Assembly: GCA_050947035.1 (NCBI GenBank)
Contig: JBMNVW010000004.1
Coordinates: 22,433 to 86,432, forward strand
Source of the DNA: Patescibacteria group bacterium
GTDB lineage: Bacteria; Patescibacteriota; Microgenomatia; 0-14-0-10-38-17
Direction of reading: 5' to 3'
Length of the DNA stretch: 64,000 bases
The translations under genes were made by a program, and so were the position numbers. The notes below the pieces were generated by a model. It did not search any database. It was given only the letters and a program-made list of their open reading frames with translations, and was not told where the DNA came from. Shown here piece after piece: positions 39,499 to 48,154 of this stretch (the stretch's first letter is position 1; the number at the start of each line of letters is the position of its first letter).

Positions 39499-40922
39499 TG
39501 GATTTGGTTTTCTTGATATGGAACTTTGTTTTGAGGAATCTTTTCATACCACCAAACCTTAACCAGGGTGATTATTTTTTGCCAAAAATTATCTTGGTAG
39601 GAATCAAGCCTTGAGGGATTAAAAAAGCTAATCGTTGCTTCTTCTTCCAGGCCTTCCCAAGCAAGGACGGCCGTTTCCGGCCATTCTGAAGCGTAAATAT
39701 TGAAAGTAAATTGAAAAGATTGCCCTGGTTCAATTTTAACCTCTGGCGGCAGGTTAATATTATCAGCAAACCAAGATAAAGAAGGAAAGCTAAGGGCTTT
39801 TTCTCCCCAAATTGATTGACCGGTGTTTTTTAAAATGATTTTGCCCTGGTATTGGGAACTGATTGGTAAAAAAGCTGGTAGATCAAGAGAAATAATTTCC
39901 CAAGTATTAATTTGTTCTGGCCACCAGGCAGTTTTCTCTCTTTCTCTAATTGCCTGGCAATGAGGATGATCTCTCCCCTCTTGGTCAAGCCAAGAAAAAA
40001 CATCTAAGGGGGCGGCATGGTAATTTAGAACAAACGGGGTAATTGCCTGAATTTGTTGGTCGGCCAACCAAATATCAAAGGCGGCCTCGGTATATTGGGC
40101 CACTGTTTCCGGATCATAAAAATTAAAACTTTTAATTGTCAATTTTGAGTTGTTTTTTGGCCAGCCGGTTTCGGTAATAAAAATAGGTAAATCTTTACCA
40201 AGGCCAAAACTATTTTTTAAGGTAGTAATTTCCCAGCGATAGCCAATAATACTTCTTCGGCCCTGGTCGCTTGGCTTGCCAATAAAGCCGGGGTTGGGAT
40301 AAGGATGAGAACTCCATCCATCAAGCTGATTAAAAATGCCGGGGATTGTTTGGTTCATTATTTGCCAATAACGGTAAACGTCCATGGTCCCGGCTGAATT
40401 ATCGGCGGCTAAGTCAAAGCCGCCATTTAAAATTTTAAAATTTTCGTTTTTTTCTTTGAATTTTTTAATGGCATAGTCCAGAATTTGGGTATATTCGACT
40501 GGATTAATATCCTGTCCCCACTCTTTGGCATGGTTGGTTTCGTTAAAAACAATGATGTGTTGGTTTTTGGTGGGCCAATTAAGGTTATCTAAAAAATTGG
40601 CCAGCTGGTTAATATCGACTCTGGTTGGCTTTCTCCAGGCCTCATTTTCTATTTCTGTTGCTAACCTTATTAAGGGAATTAAGTGTTTTTTTCGACAATC
40701 GTCAAAAAATTTTTGCCATTTTTCCTGATCTTGATCATTAATTCGCAAAACCATTGTTACCCAACCCCAATCGCCGCCACCAGAATTAACTAGTTTAGCG
40801 GCTTGATCAACCTCGTTTGTTTCTAGAATATGAATCCCGAACTTATTAATTTCTTGAGCCCTGATTTCTCCGGGGCTGCCCAAGAATGTTAAAATAGCAA
40901 GAGCAAGAAGTATTTTTTTCAT
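39495..40922 (-). CDS. Exported clan-A glycoside hydrolase-like protein with C-terminal Ig-like domain
   Basis: Signal peptide; FNE acid/base, SHPYP, IFITETGW nucleophile; LKNTG..W Ig-like domain; ATG 40922. Confidence 0.7.
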   Translation of the reverse strand: MKKILLALAILTFLGSPGEIRAQEINKFGIHILETNEVDQAAKLVNSGGGDWGWVTMVLRINDQDQEKWQKFFDDCRKKHLIPLIRLATEIENEAWRKPTRVDINQLANFLDNLNWPTKNQHIIVFNETNHAKEWGQDINPVEYTQILDYAIKKFKEKNENFKILNGGFDLAADNSAGTMDVYRYWQIMNQTIPGIFNQLDGWSSHPYPNPGFIGKPSDQGRRSIIGYRWEITTLKNSFGLGKDLPIFITETGWPKNNSKLTIKSFNFYDPETVAQYTEAAFDIWLADQQIQAITPFVLNYHAAPLDVFSWLDQEGRDHPHCQAIREREKTAWWPEQINTWEIISLDLPAFLPISSQYQGKIILKNTGQSIWGEKALSFPSLSWFADNINLPPEVKIEPGQSFQFTFNIYASEWPETAVLAWEGLEEEATISFFNPSRLDSYQDNFWQKIITLVKVWWYEKIPQNKVPYQENQIQ

Positions 40923-40952
40923 ATTCTTCAATTATAACAAGATCTAAAATTT

Positions 40953-42056
40953 ATGGACGAGACCAGGATTAGCGACCAAATTAAGGCGGTTAAGGAAGAA
41001 ATTAGCAATACTCCCTATCATAAAGGAACAGAACATTATATTGGCCGGCTCCGGGCCAAAATTGCCCGCTTAGAAGATCAGTTATTAGATAAAAGATTAA
41101 AAAAATCCGGTGGTGGTGGAGGCGGCGGTTATGCAGTAGCCAAGAGCGGTGATGCCACAGTGGTTTTAGTGGGCTTTCCTTCGGTAGGGAAATCGACCCT
41201 TCTTAATCAGCTGACCGAAGCCAAATCAAAGACGGCCCATTACCCTTTTACCACTCTGACAGTAGTTCCAGGAATGATGAATTATCAAGGAGCAAAAATC
41301 CAAATTTTAGATGTCCCCGGGTTAATCTCAGGAGCGGCCAGTGGTCGTGGTCGTGGCAAAGAAGTTTTGTCGGTGGTTAGGGTGGCCGATTTAATTTTAT
41401 TTTTAGTTGATAAAAAAAATCTTAAACAAGTTAATTCAATTATTAGAGAGCTAGAGTCGGCTGGTATTAGGCCAGGACAAATTTCGCCACAAGTAGTGGT
41501 TAATAAAAAAAACAAAGGCGGAATTTTAATTAAGAACCCCCACAATTTAAAAGACATAAGTTCGGAAACGGCTAAAGGAATTATTGAAGAATTAGGAATA
41601 AAAAACGCCGAAATTCTTATTAAAGACAAAAAAATAACTCAAGAGAGATTGATTGATGCTATTTTGGGAAATAGGGTTTATTTGCCTTATTTTTTAGCGG
41701 TTAACAAAATTGACAATTTAAAAAAAACTCAAATTAAAAAAATAAAAAATAATTTTCCTGAAGCCATCTTGATTAGTGCTCTAACCGGCCAAGGAATAAA
41801 AGATCTTAAACGGACTCTATTTAATAAATTGGCTCTAAAAAGAATTTATCTTAAACCTCAAGGAGGAAGGGTGGATTTTGAAGAGCCGCTAATTATGAAA
41901 GGAAAAGAAACGGTAGCCGATGTGGCCACTAAAATTGGTCAAGCCCTAGAAGGAAAGAAAAATGCTTATGTTTGGGGAAAATCAGCCAAGTTTCCTGGCC
42001 AGCTAGTCGCCAATAATCATGTTTTGCTTGACGAGGATATTATCTCTTTTCGTTAA
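40953..42056 (+). CDS. DRG/Rbg-type OBG-family GTPase with TGS domain
   Basis: TPYHKGTEHYIGRLRAKIA, GGGGY.V.KSGDA, GFPSVGKST, FTTL, DVPG..GAASGRGRGKEV, NKID, VWGKS.K..GQ. Confidence 0.9.
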   Translation: MDETRISDQIKAVKEEISNTPYHKGTEHYIGRLRAKIARLEDQLLDKRLKKSGGGGGGGYAVAKSGDATVVLVGFPSVGKSTLLNQLTEAKSKTAHYPFTTLTVVPGMMNYQGAKIQILDVPGLISGAASGRGRGKEVLSVVRVADLILFLVDKKNLKQVNSIIRELESAGIRPGQISPQVVVNKKNKGGILIKNPHNLKDISSETAKGIIEELGIKNAEILIKDKKITQERLIDAILGNRVYLPYFLAVNKIDNLKKTQIKKIKNNFPEAILISALTGQGIKDLKRTLFNKLALKRIYLKPQGGRVDFEEPLIMKGKETVADVATKIGQALEGKKNAYVWGKSAKFPGQLVANNHVLLDEDIISFR

Positions 42057-42066
42057 GGAAGGATTT

Positions 42067-43134
42067 TTAGCAACCGCCTTGGGCGGCTTCGGCTTCATCG
42101 CCTAAAACCACCGAGCACTCCTCGGGGGGGTTGTTAAAGGCAGAGCAAATTGCTTGCTTGAAATCTTCGGCACTGCGACTGCCCTGGTAAAGGGTATCGT
42201 TGATTAGCAGAGTTGGCGAACCAGAAACGTCGTGTTGTTCGGTTAGAGCAATCTCTTGATCTAGAAGATTGTTGAACTCTTCTTCTTCGCATTGAGAGAT
42301 TTTACTAATATCAACGCCAACGCTTCTGGCCGGTCCGGTCCAACAGGTGTCGGCGTTTTCCCAAGTGCAGTCAGCATTAACCTCTTTTAAGAAATCCCAA
42401 AATTTTTCCGGTTGATATTTGTAAACACAAAGTTCACGAACGTTTTGATTTAATTCTTGTTCACCATGAAGCGAAGAATAGCTGTCCCCTGCTTTGGAAA
42501 CAATATAGCGAGGAACAATATCGGCAACTTCACCCAAAAGGTCAACCACCGGCATCATTATTTCCTCGGCTTGGTTGCCATAAGGACAGAAACTCATTAA
42601 AAATAGTTGGGCTTGCGGTCGATCGCTTTTGGCCATTTTCTTATTTTCTGACTCTTCTTCTAGAGAAGTTTTTCCGGCTAAAACCTTACTTTTAAATTCT
42701 TGAGTATCATAACCGCTAGGAAAAACAAATTGACCGTCTTTGGTAACATAAGAGGTAAACGAGCCTTGATTAGGGATGGTAATTTCAAAACTATATATTG
42801 ACCCTAAGTCTTTGATATCGGAAATTTCAATTTCCTGGTCGGGCAAGACTTCGGTAGCAATAAAGCTCTTGGTGAAAAGCTGGGCTTCTTCAGAAGAAAG
42901 AATATTTTTATTAAAAACACTCAAAACGGCTTGAGCCGGTTTGCTATCTCCGGCTAGCATGAAGAATAAAACAGGTATCAAAAAAGTGGCAATTGGAATA
43001 AAGATATTTTTTTTATTAGCCAACAACGATAAAAAATTGATCTTTTTGACTTTTTTTGTCCAGTCTTTGATGTTTTTTTTAACGTTTTTAATAAGGGGTA
43101 AGCTTTTTTTGGGGGAAGTTTTCTTTTTGGTCAT
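42067..43134 (-). CDS. Membrane-anchored thioredoxin-fold (DsbA/GILT-like) protein
   Basis: FLMSFCPYG, SLHG.QE, GSPTL.IN, AICSAF..PEEC. Confidence 0.7.
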   Translation of the reverse strand: MTKKKTSPKKSLPLIKNVKKNIKDWTKKVKKINFLSLLANKKNIFIPIATFLIPVLFFMLAGDSKPAQAVLSVFNKNILSSEEAQLFTKSFIATEVLPDQEIEISDIKDLGSIYSFEITIPNQGSFTSYVTKDGQFVFPSGYDTQEFKSKVLAGKTSLEEESENKKMAKSDRPQAQLFLMSFCPYGNQAEEIMMPVVDLLGEVADIVPRYIVSKAGDSYSSLHGEQELNQNVRELCVYKYQPEKFWDFLKEVNADCTWENADTCWTGPARSVGVDISKISQCEEEEFNNLLDQEIALTEQHDVSGSPTLLINDTLYQGSRSAEDFKQAICSAFNNPPEECSVVLGDEAEAAQGGC

Positions 43135-43185
43135 AACTTGGATAATAGTCTATCACCGATATATTAATTTGGCAATTGTTTTTTG

Positions 43186-43259
43186 GGTGGCTAACCGGAT
43201 TCGAACCGGCAACCTCTGCTTCCACAGAGCAGCGCTCTAACCATTGAGCTATAGCCACC
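43186..43259 (-). tRNA. tRNA-His(GTG)
   Basis: Reverse complement G(-1)GTGGCTA..CTGCT-CTGTGGA-AGCAG..GTTCGAATC..TAGCCACC. Confidence 0.95.
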
Positions 43260-43345
43260 AAATTAAATATAGTATCTAGTATTTAGTATTTAGTATGTAG
43301 TATATAGACTAAATAAACTAATTCAAATTTCATAACCAATTGGAC

Positions 43346-43403
43346 TAGCGAACTTTAGTTCGCGCTAAAAAACAATCGGCGCCTAATAAATTACGCTACT
43401 CCA
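43346..43403. repeat. GTAG-type REP doublet
   Basis: TAGCGAACTTTAGTTCGCGCTAA..GCGCCTAATAAATTACGCTACTCCA; related to 37082-37165. Confidence 0.6.
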
Positions 43404-43513
43404 CAACAAAACAATATGGTAATCTAGTAATTTTTATTATTTTCGGTTTTGATTATTTAAATCTTGGGGCTTGTTTGGTTATTGGAATTTGGAAATTGGA
43501 AATTTGCCTTTTG

Positions 43514-43587
43514 CGTCCCCGGTGTGATTCGAACACACGACCTACTCCTTAGAAGGGAGTTGCTCTATCCAGCTGAGCTACGGGGAC
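43514..43587 (-). tRNA. tRNA-Arg(TCT)
   Basis: Reverse complement GTCCCCG..ACTCC-CTTCTAA-GGAGT..GTTCGAATC..CGGGGACG. Confidence 0.95.
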
Positions 43588-43718
43588 CGGCTTCTTAGTG
43601 CTTATCCAGCCTGATTTTAACAAAATTACCGGCCAAAAACAATTTAAAGATACTTGTTGTCTATTATTATAGGTCTTTTAAAAGAAGGTAATTTTTTTAT
43701 CGAAGAAGAGTTAAAAAA

Positions 43719-44756
43719 TTAGATCCTAATTATTTGATATTTTCTGGATCCTAAGCCGATCTCCTCACCCATTTTAAGAATGGGTTGATAATTAACTTCA
43801 TTAATTTCTAGGAAAAGATCTTTGCCCGCCTCTTGGTTAATCCAATCTAGGCTGGCTTGGTCGATAGCCACTGGATCAGAAGACACTAAAATTCCCAAAT
43901 CTTCCATCAGTTTTGGTCTGGTAGAAGAAAAGCAATCACAAACAGCGTTGATGTTAATTAGATAATTAACGTAAAGACTGGGTTTATCTTTTATTAAAGC
44001 ATAAGCATAAACAGCAGTCTTTTCTTGGCAAGTGGCCAAGTCTTCTCCTTTCATTTCTACCGCCCCTTGAGGACAAACGGCCACACATTCGCCGCAACCG
44101 ATACATTTCTCATAATCAATTATAATTTTGTTTTTTTTCTTACTAATTGCTCCAGTGGGGCAATTTTTAATGCAGGTGCCGCACAAAACACATTTATTCT
44201 CGTTGATTTTGCCGATAGTGCTAGCATGAAGAATTTTTTTACCTTTAGGGGTGGCTCCACCCATGCCCAAATTTTTTAAAGCCCCGCCAAAACCAAACAT
44301 AGGGTGGCCTTTGACATGAGATAAACAAAAGATACTGCCGGCTTCTCTTAGCTCTTTGCCTAAATGAATTGGTAAATTTTGATATTGGTTATTAAGCTCG
44401 GAAAGTTTAAATTCAAAATCATCCTCCTCGGCAATAATTACTGGTAGTCCCAAGTCGGCAAAACCGTGATTTTGGGCAGTTTCAAGATGGTTTTTAGTGT
44501 CGCTTCTTTGGCCGGTATAAAGAGTGTTGGTGTCGGTCAAAAAGCTTTTAGTTTTTTTGTTAATTAGCCAATCAATTACCGGCTTGATTATTTTTCCTCT
44601 TAGAGCATTCTTATTGCCTGGTTCACCAAAATGGGTTTTAACGGCCACCGGAGCGGTTAGAGTTGTTTTGATTTTTTTTAAAGTGTTGGCAATTTTGGCA
44701 GGATTTTTCTGGTATTCCGACCAGGAAAGCTGGTAAACTTGGCTTATTTTATTCAT
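43719..44756 (-). CDS. DUF362 domain protein with 2x[4Fe-4S] ferredoxin domain
   Basis: VKTHFGE.GN, TDTNTLY, SH.KGH..GFGGALKNLGMG, two CxxCxxCxxxCP, DPVAIDQAS. Confidence 0.88.
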   Translation of the reverse strand: MNKISQVYQLSWSEYQKNPAKIANTLKKIKTTLTAPVAVKTHFGEPGNKNALRGKIIKPVIDWLINKKTKSFLTDTNTLYTGQRSDTKNHLETAQNHGFADLGLPVIIAEEDDFEFKLSELNNQYQNLPIHLGKELREAGSIFCLSHVKGHPMFGFGGALKNLGMGGATPKGKKILHASTIGKINENKCVLCGTCIKNCPTGAISKKKNKIIIDYEKCIGCGECVAVCPQGAVEMKGEDLATCQEKTAVYAYALIKDKPSLYVNYLININAVCDCFSSTRPKLMEDLGILVSSDPVAIDQASLDWINQEAGKDLFLEINEVNYQPILKMGEEIGLGSRKYQIIRI

Positions 44757-44822
44757 CTTTAGTTTTAATAGGCGTTGTTCATTTTAAAGTAACGAACAAG
44801 AATCTGTCAAATTAGAATCAAT

Positions 44823-44863
44823 TACACCCCTGGGGTGTTAGGCATAAACACCCCAGGGGTGTA
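44823..44863. repeat. Perfect 17-bp inverted repeat with self-palindromic arms
   Basis: TACACCCCTGGGGTGTT-AGGCATA-AACACCCCAGGGGTGTA. Confidence 0.85.
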
Positions 44864-45193
44864 TTACACCTTTAAGGTTGGAAACTGGGAGGTGGTGGAA
44901 AGTTTAACTATTAGATCAAAATTATCTTCTTTTTTAGTATCAGTGATCGTTTTTTTGCCGCATTGCTGACACTGGTGGATTATTCGCCACCTCTTTCCCT
45001 TTTTAGTGACCCCAACCGGCTTCATTGCCCCTTGACAGGTTGACTGGCGGTCCCCAGGAACGTCTTGGTCAACGTGTTTACTCCAAAGACAATGGGGGCA
45101 ATGATTAACATATCTTCCGCCGTCAACCCTCTGGCCACAATTCAAGCAAACAAACTCTTCTTTTTTGGGGACAAGAAAATTTTTTCTTTTCAT
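44864..45193 (-). CDS. RNHCP-domain zinc-binding protein
   Basis: F.CxxCG, NHCPHCLWSKHVD..PGDR..C.G.M.P, H.CxxCG. Confidence 0.85.
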   Translation of the reverse strand: MKRKNFLVPKKEEFVCLNCGQRVDGGRYVNHCPHCLWSKHVDQDVPGDRQSTCQGAMKPVGVTKKGKRWRIIHQCQQCGKKTITDTKKEDNFDLIVKLSTTSQFPTLKV

Positions 45194-45226
45194 GTTTATA
45201 TTTTCTCACAAAAAATTAGGCATGGG

Positions 45227-45260
45227 AGATCCTGGATCTATCCAGATAGATCCAGGATCT
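45227..45260. repeat. Perfect 16-bp inverted repeat with self-palindromic arms
   Basis: AGATCCTGGATCTATC-CA-GATAGATCCAGGATCT. Confidence 0.85.
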
Positions 45261-45296
45261 GTAAGAGTCCCTTGGTCTGGTGGTAAAATATAGTCA

Positions 45297-46481
45297 ATGA
45301 GAAAATCGGTTTATCTTGATTATGCGGCCACTACTCCGGTTGATGAGCGGGTACTAAAAGCGATGCTCCCCTATTTTGGAGAAAAATTTGCCAATTCTGT
45401 TTCTTTACACCAACCTGGTCAGGAAGCTGCCAAGGTTGTTAGTGAGGCTCGGGAGAGATTGGCTGGCTTTTTGGGAGCCAAAGAGCAAGAAATTATTTTT
45501 ACCTCTTCAGCGACTGAAAGCAACAATTTGGCCATTAAGGGTTTAGCTTGGGCCAATTCAGGTAAAAAACATCTTCTAGTTTCTTCAATTGAGCATGATT
45601 GCGTTTTAAATAGTGCCGGCTGGCTTTCTGGCCAGGGCTATAAGGTAGAAAAAATTCCCGTTGATAAAACCGGCCTGATTGATCCTAGCCAAGTAGCTAA
45701 AATGATAAAGCCCGATACTCTTTTAGTATCGGTAATCCAGGCCAGCAATGAAGTAGGCACGATTGAGCCAATTGAAAAAATTGGCCAAATTTGTCGAAAA
45801 AAAGGTGTTTTTTTCCACACTGATGCTGCTCAAAGTTTTGGCAAACTACCGATTAACGTTAACGAAATGAATATCGACCTATTAACCGCCTCATCTCATA
45901 AAATTTATGGCCCCAAAGGGGCGGCCCTTCTTTATCTTCGGTCCGGAATTAAAATTACTCCCCTGCTCCATGGTGGCGGTCATGAGCAAGCTTTTCGCTC
46001 TTCAACTGTTAATGTGCCGGCGATTGTTGGTTTTGTCAAGGCAGCCCAAATTGCTCATCAAGAAATGGAAACAGAAAACAAAAGATTAACCACCCTTCGC
46101 GATCGGATTATTAAAACTATTCTAGAGAAAATTCCTAAATCCTACCTTAACGGTCATCCTCAAAAACGCTTGAATAATAATATTAATTTACGCTTTGCCG
46201 GAATTGAAGGCGAGGCGATTTTGATGAGACTAGATGCTAAGGGTATCGCCGTTTCCACTGGTTCGGCCTGTGCCTCGGTTGGTATCTCGGGCCAATTGGG
46301 GAATTTTGCTGATATGGCCCCATCTCATGTTTTATTGGCCCTTGGTCTAAACCACGAGCAGGCTCATGGTTCAATAAGAATTTCCTTGGGTCGATCGACT
46401 ACAGACGAAGAGGTAGATTATTTATTAAAAGTTTTCCCTGGGGTAGTGGCTGATTTGCGCCGCCTCTCCCCCCTGGGGTAA
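45297..46481 (+). CDS. iscS: Cysteine desulfurase (IscS/NifS)
   Basis: YLDYAATTP, HTDAAQ, SSHKIYGPKG, STGSAC, PSHVL. Confidence 0.94.
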   Translation: MRKSVYLDYAATTPVDERVLKAMLPYFGEKFANSVSLHQPGQEAAKVVSEARERLAGFLGAKEQEIIFTSSATESNNLAIKGLAWANSGKKHLLVSSIEHDCVLNSAGWLSGQGYKVEKIPVDKTGLIDPSQVAKMIKPDTLLVSVIQASNEVGTIEPIEKIGQICRKKGVFFHTDAAQSFGKLPINVNEMNIDLLTASSHKIYGPKGAALLYLRSGIKITPLLHGGGHEQAFRSSTVNVPAIVGFVKAAQIAHQEMETENKRLTTLRDRIIKTILEKIPKSYLNGHPQKRLNNNINLRFAGIEGEAILMRLDAKGIAVSTGSACASVGISGQLGNFADMAPSHVLLALGLNHEQAHGSIRISLGRSTTDEEVDYLLKVFPGVVADLRRLSPLG

Positions 46482-46580
46482 AATTAACAATTCAAAGTTA
46501 AAAATATTAATAATCAAAATTTATAATAAATTTTGATTAGAAATTAAAGATTGAAAATTGGAATTAGAAATTAATGTAAG

Positions 46581-47081
46581 GTGTCTTATTCTAAACAAGT
46601 AATTAACCATTTTCAGAATCCGAAAAATTTCGGCAAAATGACCAATCCTTCGGCCATCGGCAAGGTGGGTAATCCGGTTTGCGGCGACATGATGTATCTA
46701 TATATTAAGGTGAAGAAGAACAAAGAGGGAGAAGAATTTTTATCTGATATTAAGTTTCAAACTTTTGGGTGCGTGGCCGCTCTAGCCACTAGTTCAGCCA
46801 TTACCGAGCTGGCTAAAGGCAAAACCCTAAAGGAGGCCATTAATATTAATAGCAAGCAACTGGTTGATTCTTTGGGCCAATTACCCCCGGTAAAAATTCA
46901 TTGTTCGGTTTTGGCGGCCGACGCCCTTCACGAAGCCATTTTTAATTATCTAGAAAAAACTGATCAAAACATTCCTCGGTCGCTAGTTAAAACCCATCAG
47001 CGGTTAAAAAAAGAAAGAGAGTTAATTAAAGAAAAGTTTGGCGATTGGGTAAAAGTAGAAGAAAAACAATTGGAGAAATAA
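46581..47081 (+). CDS. iscU: Fe-S cluster scaffold IscU/NifU
   Basis: YS..V..HF.NPKN.G, GNPVCGD, FQTFGC, LPPVKIHCSVLA. Confidence 0.93.
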   Translation: MSYSKQVINHFQNPKNFGKMTNPSAIGKVGNPVCGDMMYLYIKVKKNKEGEEFLSDIKFQTFGCVAALATSSAITELAKGKTLKEAININSKQLVDSLGQLPPVKIHCSVLAADALHEAIFNYLEKTDQNIPRSLVKTHQRLKKERELIKEKFGDWVKVEEKQLEK

Positions 47082-47086
47082 AACAC

Positions 47087-47144
47087 TTTGAGCGGCGGAC
47101 CGGATTTGCCTTGCCCGCCTTGGGCGGGAACCGGGCACCGGTGG
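47087..47144 (-). repeat. Duplicated 3' end of tRNA-Gly (att-like scar) with inserted CCCGCC-N3-GGCGGG hairpin
   Basis: 47087-47108 is identical (22 bp) to 47201-47222. Confidence 0.8.
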
Positions 47145-47204
47145 ATTACCTGTCTTCGCGAGTCTTATCTGTTAACTAATTTCTAGATTTGATTGGTACT
47201 TTTG

Positions 47205-47276
47205 AGCGGCGGACCGGATTTGAACCGGTGACCTTCTCCTTGGAAGGGAGACATTCTACCACTGAACTACCGCCGC
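47205..47276 (-). tRNA. tRNA-Gly(TCC)
   Basis: Reverse complement GCGGCGG..TCTCC-CTTCCAA-GGAGA..GTTCAAATC..CCGCCGCT. Confidence 0.95.
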
Positions 47277-47388
47277 AAAAACAACCTTACCTATTATAAC
47301 AAGAAACATAGTAAGAAAACCAAAGGCCACCCCCCTCTTTTAGGGGCCTGTTTTTTTAAACAAAGAGGGGGGGCAAACAAGGAAAATG

Positions 47389-47461
47389 TCGGGGATGTGG
47401 GACTTGAACCCACGGCCTCGCGCTCCCAAAGCGCGCGCGCTAGCCTCTGCGCCAATCCCCG
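47389..47461 (-). tRNA. tRNA-Pro(TGG)
   Basis: Reverse complement CGGGGAT..CGCGC-TTTGGGA-GCGCG..GTTCAAGTC..ATCCCCGA. Confidence 0.95.
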
Positions 47462-47605
47462 AAAAGACAGCTTAATTTTAGCATATTTAACTTTCTTAAC
47501 GATTTATTAAATACGGTAAAGTATTTAAATATTTATTTGGTGGGGGGGTGGCTTGCTTGTTAAGCGGATCTTTACTCCGACCCAAAATTATTTTATTATT
47601 AATTT

Positions 47606-47935
47606 ATGAGAGAAAAAGTTGTTGGTTATTTTTTGTTGGCTTTTTCCATAATAGTAATTATTGGGATTACTGTTAATGTTTACTTTGTTTTTACTGGCCG
47701 ATTATCACCGGTTAATGTTTTTAAACCTCTAACCACCTCGAGCTTGTTACCCATTCCCCCAGAAGCAGCCGTTCTAGAAAAACAAAATGGTGGCGGCAGC
47801 GATCTGAGTGTTGGTTTGAATATTTTTGCTCATTTGGCTCTGATGAGTTTTATGGCTTCGGCGGGTTTTAAAATTGGCCGATTAGGAGTAATGATGGTTC
47901 GGCCGATAAAAGTTAATCTTAATCAAGAAAAATAG
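47606..47935 (+). CDS. Small two-TM membrane protein
   Basis: Two hydrophobic helices; G..G..M.RP C-terminus. Confidence 0.65.
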   Translation: MREKVVGYFLLAFSIIVIIGITVNVYFVFTGRLSPVNVFKPLTTSSLLPIPPEAAVLEKQNGGGSDLSVGLNIFAHLALMSFMASAGFKIGRLGVMMVRPIKVNLNQEK

Positions 47936-47966
47936 CCAGCTTCTCTTCTTTTTTGTCTTCGGTGGA

Positions 47967-48055
47967 TTGATATTTTATACCCTATAAGTTATAATAAGGG
48001 GCAACATTTGGGGTTTTCTATTAGCAGAAAAATATCCCAAAGCGCACTTTAATAA
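47967..48055 (+). promoter_or_regulatory. Promoter, hairpin and boxA-like motif
   Basis: TTGATA-17-TATAAT (47967-47995); TTTGGGG..TCCCAAA hairpin; GCACTTTAATAA at 48044-48055. Confidence 0.6.
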
Positions 48056-48154
48056 ATTAAGAGACAGCTTAGACACTAATTCAGCTTTTCTTTATTAGAA
48101 GAAAGGCTGGTTGCTTGGTATAAGTCGGATTTTTCTTCTTGAAAGGAGAGGAAG

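Noticed and set aside
42941-43240. 99-aa plus-strand ORF
   Set aside because: Antisense to the thioredoxin-fold gene and to tRNA-His.
1981-46580. Possible CRISPR array among the intergenic repeats
   Set aside because: No constant repeat with regular unique spacers and no cas genes in the window.
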